From the NCBI GenBank assembly GCA_963720545.1, contig OY970399.1:320001-384000 (forward strand): a DNA stretch of 64,000 bases. The letters are read 5' to 3'. This DNA comes from an uncultured Acidobacteriota bacterium (GTDB taxonomy: Bacteria > Acidobacteriota > Vicinamibacteria > Fen-336). The stretch's first letter is position 1, and every line of letters begins with the position of its first letter. The position numbers were made by a program, and so were the translations under genes. The notes below the pieces were generated by a model. It searched no databases. It was not told where the DNA came from and saw only the letters and a list, made by a program, of their open reading frames with translations. Shown here piece after piece: positions 1-9,697 of this stretch.

Positions 1-2
1 TC

Positions 3-215
3 ACGGTCGCTCACAAGACCGGCGACGGCCAGCCCTGGATCGGGAACGATGCCGGCATCCTGTGGATCAAGGACGCGCCGGTGGTGCTCGTGGTCTTCAC
101 CGGACGTCACCGCGGCACGACTGCGGAGCTTCACGACACAGTGGCGCGCGTGGCGGCGATCGTCGCCGATCACTTCGGCGGCGCGGTCGACCCCGAGGGA
201 CTCGCCGCGCGGTGA
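3..215 (+). CDS. C-terminal fragment of class A beta-lactamase-like serine hydrolase (5' truncated by window edge)
   Basis: Frame from nt 3 reads TVAHKTGDGQPWIGNDAGILWIKDAPVVLVVFT...AAR*, with the HKTG motif followed by NDAGI; stop TGA at 213-215. Confidence 0.75.
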   Translation, partial: TVAHKTGDGQPWIGNDAGILWIKDAPVVLVVFTGRHRGTTAELHDTVARVAAIVADHFGGAVDPEGLAAR

Positions 216-216
216 A

Positions 217-1470
217 CTAAAGCGCGGGCCGGAAGGTCCGCGCGACCCGGTCGAAGGCCCGGTGCAGCAAGCCGCGCTTGTGCCAATCCGGCTCGCGCAT
301 CGCCACGGCGTGTTCGACGTCCTCGCGAAATACTTCGGCCATGCGCCTGCCGGTCGCCTCGTCGATGATCACGAGGTCGCACTCCCGGTTGACGTGGAAC
401 GAACGGAAGTCGAGATTGCTCGAGCCGATGAGCGACACCGTATCGTCGGCGCACAGCGTCTTCGCGTGCAGCACCGCGGCCTGGTATTCGTAGACCTTGA
501 CGCCGGCCTGCAGCATCTCCGCGAAGAAACCGTGGCCGGCGTGGCGCACGACCGGCACGTCCGTCGGGCCCGCGAGCAACAAACGCACGTCGACGCCACG
601 CTGCGCCGCCCGCACCAGGGCTGCGGCCGTGCTCGCGACCGGCGCGAAGTAGGAATTCGTGATCCAGACGTTCCGGCGCGCGGCTCCTAGGATGGCCGCG
701 AACAGCGCCGCCGGCTTGCCGTCGCCCTTGCCGGCGCGCGAGTCGAGCACCAGGCAGCGCGCGCCACCGCACGCCTCGGGTACGAGCGCTTCGGCTTCGC
801 CGCCGGTCGCGAAGTCGCCGCCGCCCGCCACCAGCCAGCTTTGCGCGAACACGTGCGCCATCTCGCGCGCGCACGGCCCATGCACCTCGACCTGGGTATC
901 GCGCCACACGCCGCGCTTTGCGTGGCGTGCGGAGCCGTAGTCGTCGGCGATGTTCATGCCGCCGGTGAAGCCGGCGCGCCGGTCGCCCACCAGCAGCTTG
1001 CGGTGGTCGCGGCGCGGGCCCTTCCACAGGTTGCGCAGCACCGGCCGGAAGAGGCGTACCTCGATGCCCCGGCTGCGCAGCTGTGCCCAGAACGAGTCCT
1101 TCGTGAAGTACGAGCCGAAGGCATCGGCCAGCACCCGCACAGCGGCTCCCCGCTCCCTGGCGCGGATGAGTGCTTTTGCGACTTCCCTGCCGACGTGATC
1201 GTCCTTGAGGATGTACGACTCGACCAGCACCTCCTGGCGCGCGTCGTCGATGACGCGCAACATCGCGGCGAACGCGTTTTCGCCGCGCGTGTGCACCGTG
1301 ACCCGGTCGCCGGTACTGAAGCGGCCGCAGTCGATCCGCGCCACGAGCGCTTCGAACCCCGCGCCGCCGAGACCGTCTGGCAGCGCCTCCGCCAGCGCCG
1401 CGGCCTCGGCGGCGCCGAGCTCGCCCGACGCGACCGGAACACGCGAACTCAGCGCTTGCGGGATCGGCAT
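217..1470 (-). CDS. clsB: Cardiolipin synthase B-type phospholipase D family protein
   Basis: Two HxKxxxxD motifs (HRKLLVGD, HAKTLCAD), GGMNI, WRDT, GSSNLD; no N-terminal TM. Confidence 0.85.
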   Translation of the reverse strand: MPIPQALSSRVPVASGELGAAEAAALAEALPDGLGGAGFEALVARIDCGRFSTGDRVTVHTRGENAFAAMLRVIDDARQEVLVESYILKDDHVGREVAKALIRARERGAAVRVLADAFGSYFTKDSFWAQLRSRGIEVRLFRPVLRNLWKGPRRDHRKLLVGDRRAGFTGGMNIADDYGSARHAKRGVWRDTQVEVHGPCAREMAHVFAQSWLVAGGGDFATGGEAEALVPEACGGARCLVLDSRAGKGDGKPAALFAAILGAARRNVWITNSYFAPVASTAAALVRAAQRGVDVRLLLAGPTDVPVVRHAGHGFFAEMLQAGVKVYEYQAAVLHAKTLCADDTVSLIGSSNLDFRSFHVNRECDLVIIDEATGRRMAEVFREDVEHAVAMREPDWHKRGLLHRAFDRVARTFRPAL

Positions 1471-1501
1471 GGACGGGACGATAACTTAACCTTTGCAGGC
1501 G

Positions 1502-2362
1502 ATGCCCGAGCTCCCCGAAGTCGAGACGACGCTGCGCGGCATCGAACCGCACCTGCGCGGGCGCCGCATCACGAAGGTCGCCGTGCGCGAGCGGCGTTTG
1601 CGCTGGCCGGTGCCCGCGTCGCTGGCGCGCGCGGCACGCGGGCAACTGGTGCGCGGCGCCGTGCGCCGCGGCAAGTACCTGCTCATCGAGCTGGAGCGCG
1701 GCACGATGATCCTCCACCTCGGCATGTCGGGCAGCCTGCGCGTGCTGAACGCCGCGACCCCGATCGTCGCTCACGATCACGTGGACATCGTGCTCGACTC
1801 CGGCCAGCTCCTGCGCTTCAACGACCCGCGCCGCTTCGGCACGCTCCTGTGGACGACCGCCGATCCCCTGCGCCATCGGCTCCTGGCACGGCTCGCGCCC
1901 GAGCCGCTCGACGCCCAGTTCGACGCGGAGTACCTGTTTCGGGCAACGCGCGGGCGCAAGGTCGCGATCAAGCAATTCATCATGAACAGCCAGGTTGTGG
2001 TCGGCGTCGGCAACATCTACGCGAGCGAGGCGCTGTTTCGCGCGCGCCTCGACCCGCGGCTCGGGGCGGGCCGGCTCGGCAAGCAGGAAGCGGCCCGCCT
2101 GGTGCGCGCCATCAAGGCGGTGCTCGCCTACGCGATCCGCCAGGGCGGCACCACGCTGCGCGACTACGTGGGCGCCGATGGCGCGCCCGGATACTTCCGC
2201 CAGAAGCTCTACGTCTATGAGAGGGCCGGCCTGCCGTGTCGCCGCTGCCGCTCGCCCATCCGCCAGATCACGCAAGGCGCGCGCTCCACATATTTTTGCG
2301 TGAAGTGCCAGGCGCGGCGGAGCAAAGTGGCCGAAAAGGATGGTGTTCGGCGGAGGCGGTGA
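1502..2362 (+). CDS. mutM: Formamidopyrimidine-DNA glycosylase / AP lyase
   Basis: N-terminal PELPEVE, HLGMSG, GVGNIYASE, C-terminal CxxC...CxxC zinc finger. Confidence 0.97.
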   Translation: MPELPEVETTLRGIEPHLRGRRITKVAVRERRLRWPVPASLARAARGQLVRGAVRRGKYLLIELERGTMILHLGMSGSLRVLNAATPIVAHDHVDIVLDSGQLLRFNDPRRFGTLLWTTADPLRHRLLARLAPEPLDAQFDAEYLFRATRGRKVAIKQFIMNSQVVVGVGNIYASEALFRARLDPRLGAGRLGKQEAARLVRAIKAVLAYAIRQGGTTLRDYVGADGAPGYFRQKLYVYERAGLPCRRCRSPIRQITQGARSTYFCVKCQARRSKVAEKDGVRRRR

Positions 2363-2394
2363 CTATCCTGATTTCATTTCCGGGAGGACAACTC

Positions 2395-2922
2395 ATGAGC
2401 CGAACCAGTCTCGCAATGTTCATCGCTGCCGCCGGCATTCTGGCCGTCGGCAGTTCCGCAAGCACCGCGAACGCGCAGGCGGCCGAGCGTTCTTTCCGCA
2501 CGCTGCTACGCGGCTTCGAGGAGCCGCCCGCGGTCTCGAGCACCGGCGAGGGCGAGTTCCGCGCCCACGTCAACGCCGCACGCACCGCGTTCACCTACGC
2601 CCTCTCCTACTCGGGCCTCGAGGGCGAAGTGACGCAGGCGCATATCCACCTCGGCCAGAAGGGCGTCAACGGCGGCATCATGGTGTGGCTCTGCCAGACG
2701 GCCGCCGCGCCCGGCCCCGAGGGTACCCCGACCTGCCCCGGACCCAACGAAGGCACCGTGCAGGGCCGAGTCACCGGCGCGAGCATCGTCGGACCCACCG
2801 GCCAGGGAGTGGACCCCGGTGAGTTCGCCGAACTCCTGAACGCCCTCGGCTCCGAGGTCGCTTACGTGAACGTACACTCGACGCGCAACCTCGGCGGCGA
2901 GATCCGCGGCCAGATCGACTAG
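2395..2922 (+). CDS. Secreted CHRD domain protein
   Basis: Signal peptide; AHIH...G and YVNVHS...GEIRGQ CHRD motifs; GGGAGG SD upstream. Confidence 0.9.
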   Translation: MSRTSLAMFIAAAGILAVGSSASTANAQAAERSFRTLLRGFEEPPAVSSTGEGEFRAHVNAARTAFTYALSYSGLEGEVTQAHIHLGQKGVNGGIMVWLCQTAAAPGPEGTPTCPGPNEGTVQGRVTGASIVGPTGQGVDPGEFAELLNALGSEVAYVNVHSTRNLGGEIRGQID

Positions 2923-2935
2923 TTCACGGCATCGA

Positions 2936-3379
2936 CTACCGCACGACCAGGTCGTTCACGATCCGGTAGCCCGGGGCCCTGGCGCCGGCGATGACTTCGG
3001 CCGCGGCCTTGTCCGAGGCCGCCGTCACGGTGCCCTTCAGGACGATCGTCTTCGCCGCTTCGTCCGTGGTGACCTCGATGTTTGACGCATCGAGGTTCTG
3101 GTCGGCCATCAGCGCCGCCTTGACGTCGATCGTCTGGGCCGCGCCGGAGATTGCCTTGCCCGCCTTGCCGAGCGCCTTGCCGGCCTCGGATGCGGCGTCG
3201 CGCGCGCCGGATTTCATCGCGTCGCCCGCCTTGTCGGCCGCCTCGCCCGTCTGCTTCGCAGCCTCCTCACTCGCCGCGGCGGCCTTCTCTTTCGCCTTGG
3301 CGGCATCCTGCTTCACGCCTTCGGCAGTGTTCTCGCAGCCCGCCGCTCCGATGCAACAGGCGATCGCGAGCGCGCGCAT
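2936..3379 (-). CDS. BON domain lipoprotein
   Basis: Lipobox-like GAAGC followed by ENTAEG, Ala/Lys-rich linker, C-terminal BON (IDVKAAL...IEVTT...LKGTV...IVNDL). Confidence 0.8.
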   Translation of the reverse strand: MRALAIACCIGAAGCENTAEGVKQDAAKAKEKAAAASEEAAKQTGEAADKAGDAMKSGARDAASEAGKALGKAGKAISGAAQTIDVKAALMADQNLDASNIEVTTDEAAKTIVLKGTVTAASDKAAAEVIAGARAPGYRIVNDLVVR

Positions 3380-3424
3380 CAAGTTTTCAGCCCTCAAGAA
3401 ACACCTCCATGCCTGCCCCAACCA

Positions 3425-4957
3425 TTACTTGATCGCCTCCCCCTTTTCCACCCGCGCGAGGTTCGAGAGGAAGGTTGCGTCCTTGTAGCCGAGCTCGCGC
3501 GCCTTGGCCCCGTGCGCCTTGAAATTGGCGGCGTCCTTCAACCCGAAATAGCTCCATGCCAGGTAACCCTCGACCTGCGCGCTCGGCGGCGCGAGCGTCA
3601 GCGATTTCTCGAACGCGGCCGCGGCCTCGGCATAGCGCTTGCTCGCGAGCTGCGCGGCGCCGGTGAACACCCAGGCGTCGGCTTTCTTGTACTCCGGTGA
3701 CGCGGTCACTGTCGCAAGCTCCGCGATGGCGCGGTCGTATTGCTTCGCATCGGTGAGCGCCGCCCCGAGCGACTCGCGGTACACGAGGCTCGTGCCATCC
3801 GCCTTCACCGCCGCCTCGAAGAAAGTCAAGGCGCCCGCGGCGTTGTTCTGCGCACGGTGGGTAACGAGGCCGAGCTGGTACTGCGCTTCGGCGGAAGCCG
3901 GATCGAGCTCGGCCGCCTTCTTCAGCTCGACGAGTGCGGCGTCGATCTGGCGCTTGGCGACGAGCGCGCGGCCGAGGCCAAGGCGCGCGGGCGCCCAGTC
4001 GGGACGCGCGTCGCGAATCGCCGTGAGGTCGCGGATGGCGCCGTCCACCTGGCCGGCTGCCGATGCCTTCAAGGCGCGCGCGATGTTGATCTCGTCCACC
4101 AGCGTCGCCGCATCCTTGTCGTCCTCGGCCATCGCCGCCGCCGAGGCGGCGTCCCCCAGCGCGTCCTCCGGCCGGCCGAGCGCCACTTTCACCCGCGCCG
4201 ACTCCTTGTAAGCCGCGATAGCGCCCGGCACGGAAGCGAGCAGCGTCGCAAGCAGCGGCTCGGCCTCGGCCGCGCGGCCGGTGCGGCGCAGCACGCGCGC
4301 GAGGCCGAGCGACGCGTTCACCTGGTCGGCCGCGAGCGCGCTGCGATAGGCCGCCTCGGCACCCGCCAGGTCGCCCTTCGACTCGAGCGCCAGCCCGCGT
4401 GCCGAGGCAGCAGGGCCGATCACTCCGCCCTTCTGCGCGGCATCGGCGAGTGCCAGCGCCTCGTCGGCCTTGCCTGCACGGGCGGCGGAACGGGCAGCCG
4501 CCACCGCCGGCCACGGGCCGGCGGCGTCCGCCGCCAGGGCCGCAGCCGCCGTCGCATCGGTCTCCGGACGTGCGCGCACTTCCTGAGCCAGCGCCAGCCG
4601 CGCCAGCGCCTCCCCCTTCTCCGCCCCGCCAAGCTTGGCCGCCGCGGCGGTGTAGGCGTCCATCGCGGCCTCCAGGTCGAGCTTCGTGTCCTGCGCCCGG
4701 CCGAGGTGCAGCGCCGCGGTACCGGTCGCATCGGCAGCGGCCGCCTTCGTCAGCAGTTCGATCGCGCCGTCGAGGTCGCCGGCAGCCGCCTTGGCATCGC
4801 CCTGCGCCATCAGGTCGGCGGCGCCGGCGGGACCTTGCTGAGCCGCGGCCGCGGGCCTGGCTTTGTCCTTGTCCTTATCCTTGTCCTTTGGCTTCTGGTC
4901 GGCGGGCACGCCGCCGAATGTCAGGAGCAGCGCGAGACTGAGAACAGTGGCGGCCAT
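3425..4957 (-). CDS. Secreted tetratricopeptide repeat protein
   Basis: Signal peptide MAATVLSLALLLTFGG, many TPR-like helices, GGAGG SD upstream of ATG 4957. Confidence 0.8.
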   Translation of the reverse strand: MAATVLSLALLLTFGGVPADQKPKDKDKDKDKARPAAAAQQGPAGAADLMAQGDAKAAAGDLDGAIELLTKAAAADATGTAALHLGRAQDTKLDLEAAMDAYTAAAAKLGGAEKGEALARLALAQEVRARPETDATAAAALAADAAGPWPAVAAARSAARAGKADEALALADAAQKGGVIGPAASARGLALESKGDLAGAEAAYRSALAADQVNASLGLARVLRRTGRAAEAEPLLATLLASVPGAIAAYKESARVKVALGRPEDALGDAASAAAMAEDDKDAATLVDEINIARALKASAAGQVDGAIRDLTAIRDARPDWAPARLGLGRALVAKRQIDAALVELKKAAELDPASAEAQYQLGLVTHRAQNNAAGALTFFEAAVKADGTSLVYRESLGAALTDAKQYDRAIAELATVTASPEYKKADAWVFTGAAQLASKRYAEAAAAFEKSLTLAPPSAQVEGYLAWSYFGLKDAANFKAHGAKARELGYKDATFLSNLARVEKGEAIK

Positions 4958-5075
4958 CGAAGACCTCCTTGGCGGCCGCCCCAAGGCTGCGTACGGCGAC
5001 CGTGGCGGAGCGTAGTCCCGCGCGGTCGCGACGGTCAATGGATTTTCGTCCAGGAGCTAAGATCGAAGATCCCCC

Positions 5076-7454
5076 GTGATCGGCTCCCTTCTTTCCCATT
5101 ACCGGATCCTCGAGTCCCTCGGCGAGGGCGGCATGGGAGAGGTGTTCCTCGCCGAGGACGTGCGCCTCAAGCGCCAGGTCGCGATCAAGTTCCTGCGCGT
5201 GGACGGGCCGCACCCCGAGGAAGCCCGCGGCCGGCTGCTGCGCGAGGCGCGCGCGGCTTCGGCCCTCAACCATCCGAACATCGCGGTCATCTACGAGACC
5301 GACGAGATCGCCGGCGAGGACGGCGGCGAGCCGCGGCCGTTCATCGCGCTCGAGTACGTCCACGGTCGCCCGATCCTCGACCACGTGCGCACCCGCGGGC
5401 TCGACCTCGACGGCATCCTCGACCTCGTGATCCAGTCCTGCGACGCGCTCGCCGAGGCACACCGCCGCGGCGTCGTGCACCGCGACATCAAGCCCTCGAA
5501 CGTCCTCGTGACCGACTCGGGCCGGGTCAAGCTGCTCGACTTCGGCCTCGCCAAGTTCACCCCGCTCGGCGACGACGACGGCAACACCTGGACGCGCGAC
5601 GTCGCCGGCAACACCGCATCGGGTCGCGTGCTGGGCACGCTCGCCTACATGTCGCCCGAGCAGGCGCTCGGCAAGGAGGTGGACGGGCGCAGCGACTTGT
5701 TCTCGCTCGGCGCCCTGCTCCACGAGTTGCTCTCCGACGCTCCACCGTTCCGGCGCGACGGCGCCGTCGCCACACTCGACGCGATCCTGCGCGAGCCGCC
5801 GGCGTCGCTGCCCGCGCGATTCTCCGATCCGCGCCGGCCGCGGGTGGAAGAGGTGCTGGCGCGACTGCTCGCCAAGGACCGCAACGACCGCTACCCCTCG
5901 GGTGAAGAGGCGCGCGATGCGCTCGCCGCCGTGCGCGGCGGCGCCAGCGGCGCGCCCGCGCACAGCGGCTCGATCCTGCTGCGGTCGGCGGTCGCGGTGC
6001 TGCCCTTCGCCAACATCACGGGCGCAGCCGACGACGAATGGCTGGGCGCCGGCATCGCCGAGACCGTCAACGCCGACCTCGGCGGCATGTCGGGCGTCAC
6101 GGCCGTGCCGCGCGCCGAGATCGAGGCCGCCCTGCGGCACATCGCGGAGAACCGGCCCCAGGGCGACAGCGATCTCGACCGGCGCGTCGGGAAGCTGGTG
6201 GACGCGCGCTTCGTCGTCACCGGCGGCTTCCAGCGCATCGGCGAGACGGTGCGCGTCACCGCCCGCCTCTTCGACCTTGCCGACAACCGCCTGCTGCGCA
6301 CGGTCAAGGTGGACGGCTCGATGGGCGACATCTTCGCGGTGCAGGACCAGTTGGTGCGCGACCTGTCGGCGGAGCTTTCGGCCAAGCCGCCGTCGAGCGT
6401 CGACCCCTTCGAGACCACCGTCGTGGAGGCGTACGAGGCCTTCTCGAAGGGCCTGCTCAACCAGGATCTCGAGACCTACGAATCGGTGGAGCGCGCCATC
6501 CTTCACTACGAGCGGGCCACGGCGCTCGACCCCAACTACGTGCGCGCGCTGGTGGCGCTCGGCTCGGCCTACACCACCAAGGCGGGCTACCTGCCGGCGC
6601 CCGAGGTGAACCTGCGGGCGATCGCGGTGCTGCGCCGCGCGCTCGACCTGAGCCCCGCCAACGCGCGCGCCTGGCGCGACCTGGGCCTCGCCTTCCTCGA
6701 GGACGGCCGCACCGACGAAGCCATCGACGCCATCCGCCACGCGCTCGCGCTGGCGCCGGATGCGGCGGCGCCAGTGTCGGCGATGGGCCGCGTCCTCTTC
6801 ATCGGCACCGGCGACTTCGAGGGCGCGCTCAGCCACTACGAGCGCGCGGTGGCGGCCGACCCGCGGGCCGGCTGGTTCTGGCTGCAGCTCGCGCACTGCG
6901 CCACCCTCCTGGGCCGGTTCGATCGCGCGGAGGAGGCGGTCGACACCGCCGTGGCGCTCCAGGAGGCGTCCCTCTCCGGCAGCGAATCGGTGCACATCGC
7001 CGGCGCCTTCATGCGCCGCGGCCACCTGCGCTCGCTGCAGGGGCGCTACGAGGAAGCAGCCACGTGCTTCGAGCAGGAGCTGCGCTTCGTGGAACAGGTC
7101 GATCACGCGCTGCGGCGGCGGATGCTGGTGGAGCTGCACACCCGCACCGGCGAGGCGCTGCGCGGAGCGGGCCGGGCGGAGGGCTCCGTGATCGCCCTCG
7201 ACCGGGCCATCGCCGACTTCGAGATGCGCCTGCGCCTGGGGGCCGACGACCCCTTCACCCGCTACTACGCCGCCTGTGCCTATGCCCTGCGCGGCAACCA
7301 CGCAGCGGCGCTCAGCAGCCTCGAGCGGGCCGTGCGGGTGCGGCCCGGGTTCACCCTGGCGCGCGCCGTGCGCGAGCCCATGCTGCGCCCCCTGGCCGGC
7401 GACCCGGTCTTCAGCGAGATGCTGGCCCGGAAGTCCCTTATTGACCGTAAGTAG
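5076..7454 (+). CDS. Hanks-type Ser/Thr protein kinase with TolB-N-like and TPR domains
   Basis: [34 protein letters not shown] domain followed by TPRs. Confidence 0.93.
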   Translation: MIGSLLSHYRILESLGEGGMGEVFLAEDVRLKRQVAIKFLRVDGPHPEEARGRLLREARAASALNHPNIAVIYETDEIAGEDGGEPRPFIALEYVHGRPILDHVRTRGLDLDGILDLVIQSCDALAEAHRRGVVHRDIKPSNVLVTDSGRVKLLDFGLAKFTPLGDDDGNTWTRDVAGNTASGRVLGTLAYMSPEQALGKEVDGRSDLFSLGALLHELLSDAPPFRRDGAVATLDAILREPPASLPARFSDPRRPRVEEVLARLLAKDRNDRYPSGEEARDALAAVRGGASGAPAHSGSILLRSAVAVLPFANITGAADDEWLGAGIAETVNADLGGMSGVTAVPRAEIEAALRHIAENRPQGDSDLDRRVGKLVDARFVVTGGFQRIGETVRVTARLFDLADNRLLRTVKVDGSMGDIFAVQDQLVRDLSAELSAKPPSSVDPFETTVVEAYEAFSKGLLNQDLETYESVERAILHYERATALDPNYVRALVALGSAYTTKAGYLPAPEVNLRAIAVLRRALDLSPANARAWRDLGLAFLEDGRTDEAIDAIRHALALAPDAAAPVSAMGRVLFIGTGDFEGALSHYERAVAADPRAGWFWLQLAHCATLLGRFDRAEEAVDTAVALQEASLSGSESVHIAGAFMRRGHLRSLQGRYEEAATCFEQELRFVEQVDHALRRRMLVELHTRTGEALRGAGRAEGSVIALDRAIADFEMRLRLGADDPFTRYYAACAYALRGNHAAALSSLERAVRVRPGFTLARAVREPMLRPLAGDPVFSEMLARKSLIDRK

Positions 7455-7470
7455 CCGTCTTTGGTAGACT
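7441..7470 (+). promoter_or_regulatory. Putative sigma70 promoter of cold-shock gene
   Basis: TTGACC (7441-7446), 18-nt spacer, TG-n-TAGACT (7465-7470). Confidence 0.6.
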
Positions 7471-7594
7471 CTCTCGTCTTTCCAGTAGTCGTTGCTGTGG
7501 CTTCGGAGCAACCGTCCTCTATGGGGCGGAGAGCGAAACCGCGGACGCGCAGGACGTCGCTGAGAAGCACCAGGCGAAGGAGGCCTGCACGTTC

Positions 7595-7795
7595 ATGTTC
7601 GAAGGCACTGTGAAGTGGTTCAACGATTCCAAGGGTTTCGGATTTCTTTCCCGCGAGGGCGGTCCGGATGTTTTCGTCCACCATTCGGCCATCCAGGCTA
7701 ACGGGTTCCGCACCCTGAGCGAAGGTGATCGCGTTCGTTTCGACATCGAGGAGAGCCCCAAGGGTCCTCGCGCCGCGAACGTCAGCCGCATCTAG
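7595..7795 (+). CDS. Cold-shock protein (CspA family)
   Basis: GTVKWFN..KGFGF, DVFVH, RNP1/RNP2 motifs; AAGGAGG SD. Confidence 0.97.
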   Translation: MFEGTVKWFNDSKGFGFLSREGGPDVFVHHSAIQANGFRTLSEGDRVRFDIEESPKGPRAANVSRI

Positions 7796-7820
7796 TTAAC
7801 ACGGAGAACCACTCCGAATC

Positions 7821-7856
7821 GCCCGGGGCGCCACAGCGCTCCGGGCTTTTTCTTTC
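7821..7856 (+). terminator. Rho-independent terminator after csp
   Basis: Stem GCCCGGGGCGC / GCGCTCCGGGC, loop CACA, followed by TTTTTCTTT. Confidence 0.85.
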
Positions 7857-7880
7857 TGTCTTTCAGGGTAACTTGTCGCG

Positions 7881-8405
7881 GTGGCCCTCCACGCGAAGCT
7901 GCGCAGCCACCTCGGCGACATCACGAAGCTGGCGGTCGATGCGATCGTGAACGCCGCCAACCCGACGCTGCGCGGCGGCGGCGGCGTCGACGGCGCGATC
8001 CACGCGGCCGCCGGACCCGAGCTGCTCGCGGAATGCAGCCGCGTCGGGCCTTGCCCCACTGGCGACGCACGCCTCACGCGCGGCTACTCGCTGCCCGCGG
8101 GCCACGTCATCCACGCGGTCGGCCCGGTGTGGCGCGGCGGCGCTCACGGCGAATCCGACTTCCTCGCCGGCTGCTACGAGCGCGCGCTCGAGATCGCAAA
8201 CGCGCAGCGGTTTCGCAGCATCGCCTTCCCCAGCATTTCCACTGGCGCATTCGGCTACCCGCTGGAGCCTGCGGCGCGCATCGCCATCGACACCGTGCGC
8301 CGTTTCGTGAAGGAGCCGACGTCGCTCGAGGACGTGATCTTCTGCTGCTTCTCCCCGGAGGACCTGTCGGTCTACGACTCGCTGCTCTTCCGGATCGTCC
8401 GCTAG
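7881..8405 (+). CDS. ymdB: Macro domain O-acetyl-ADP-ribose deacetylase (YmdB-like)
   Basis: GDIT, AIVNAAN, GGGGVDGAIH, HAVGP, AFPSISTGAFGYP. Confidence 0.9.
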   Translation: MALHAKLRSHLGDITKLAVDAIVNAANPTLRGGGGVDGAIHAAAGPELLAECSRVGPCPTGDARLTRGYSLPAGHVIHAVGPVWRGGAHGESDFLAGCYERALEIANAQRFRSIAFPSISTGAFGYPLEPAARIAIDTVRRFVKEPTSLEDVIFCCFSPEDLSVYDSLLFRIVR

Positions 8406-8408
8406 CCG

Positions 8409-9656
8409 CTAGCCCAGCGCCGCGACCGCGGCGATCAGCCGTGCGACGTCGCTCGAGCTCGTGTAGCACGCGAGCCCCGCGCGTACCACGCCATCCTCGG
8501 CGCAGCCCAGCCTTGCGATCGCCGTCATCGCGTAGAAATCGCCGTTCGAAAGGAACAACCCCTCCTCGTTGAGCCGCCGGCAGACTTCGCCCGAACGCAT
8601 GCCGGAAACGGTGAACGCGAGCGTCTGCGTGCGCCTGGCGCCAGGCGGCCGGCCGTAGAGCCGCACGTGCGGCAGTGCGGCGAGACCGTTCCACAAGCCT
8701 GCGAAGAGAGCGTCGGCGGCGCCGTGCAGCACGTGGGCCGAACGCGCCAGCCGCTCGCGCCTGCTGCCGCCGTCCCCCGCGAGCGAAGCGAGAAAATCGA
8801 CCGCGGCGGCGGCGCCGACGATGCCCTCGTGGTTCTGGGTGCCGGTCTGCAGGCGCTGTGGCGCCGCATTCGATGCCGGCTCGACCTTGGGCACCGAGAG
8901 CGCCTCGAGCAGCGGCTTGCGTCCGAACAGCACGCCGAGGTGCGGGCCGTAGAACTTGTAGGGCGAGCATGCCAGGAAGTCGGCGCCGAGCGCGGCGACG
9001 TCGACGAGGCCGTGGGCCGCGTAGTGCACCGCGTCCACGAACACCAGCGCGCCTTGCGCATGCGCGCGGTCGGCGACCTTGCGCACGTCGTTGATGGTGC
9101 CGAGCGCGTTCGACGCCGCGCCGATCGCCACCAGCCTGGTCTTCGGCCCGATCAGCGACTCGATGTCGTCGTCGTGCAGCGCGGCCTTCTGCGCGTCGAA
9201 GCGGATCGCGCGGATGGCGACACCGCGCTCGATGGCGAGCGCCTTCCACGAGTCGACGTTCGCGTGATGGTCGAGCTCGGTCACCACCACCTCGTCGCCC
9301 GGGCCCCACGTGCGGCCGAGCGCCCGCGCCAGGTGGAAGGTCAGGGTCGTCATGTTCGGTCCGAACACGATCTCGTCGGGCGACGCCGCCAGGAAGTCGG
9401 CGAAGGCGCTGCGCGCGTCGCCGAGCATCCGGTCGGTCTCGCGGCTCGTCTCGTACTCCCACCCCGAGTTGGCGTTGTGATTGAGCAGGTAGTCCGAAAC
9501 GGCGGCGGCCACGACCTGCGGCACCTGCGTGCCGCCGGGACCGTCGAAAAAGGCCGCTTCCCTGCCGTGCACGCGGCGCGCCAGCGCGGGAAAGGCGGCG
9601 CGGATGCTGTCGAGGTCGGTGGCGAGGGCGGGCTTTGGCAGCGTCGTGGAATTCAT
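8409..9656 (-). CDS. Cysteine desulfurase-like class V PLP enzyme
   Basis: FDGPGGTQVP, DHHAN, VDAVHYA, SPYKFYGPH (PLP lysine), GTQNHEG. Confidence 0.9.
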   Translation of the reverse strand: MNSTTLPKPALATDLDSIRAAFPALARRVHGREAAFFDGPGGTQVPQVVAAAVSDYLLNHNANSGWEYETSRETDRMLGDARSAFADFLAASPDEIVFGPNMTTLTFHLARALGRTWGPGDEVVVTELDHHANVDSWKALAIERGVAIRAIRFDAQKAALHDDDIESLIGPKTRLVAIGAASNALGTINDVRKVADRAHAQGALVFVDAVHYAAHGLVDVAALGADFLACSPYKFYGPHLGVLFGRKPLLEALSVPKVEPASNAAPQRLQTGTQNHEGIVGAAAAVDFLASLAGDGGSRRERLARSAHVLHGAADALFAGLWNGLAALPHVRLYGRPPGARRTQTLAFTVSGMRSGEVCRRLNEEGLFLSNGDFYAMTAIARLGCAEDGVVRAGLACYTSSSDVARLIAAVAALG

Positions 9657-9697
9657 GGGCGCAAAGCTTAATGGCTGGGCGCTACACTGGTAAAACC

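Noticed and set aside
4862..4892. Hexamer repeat encoding KDKDKDKDK
   Set aside because: Short low-complexity linker after the signal peptide, with synonymous variation; not a repeat element
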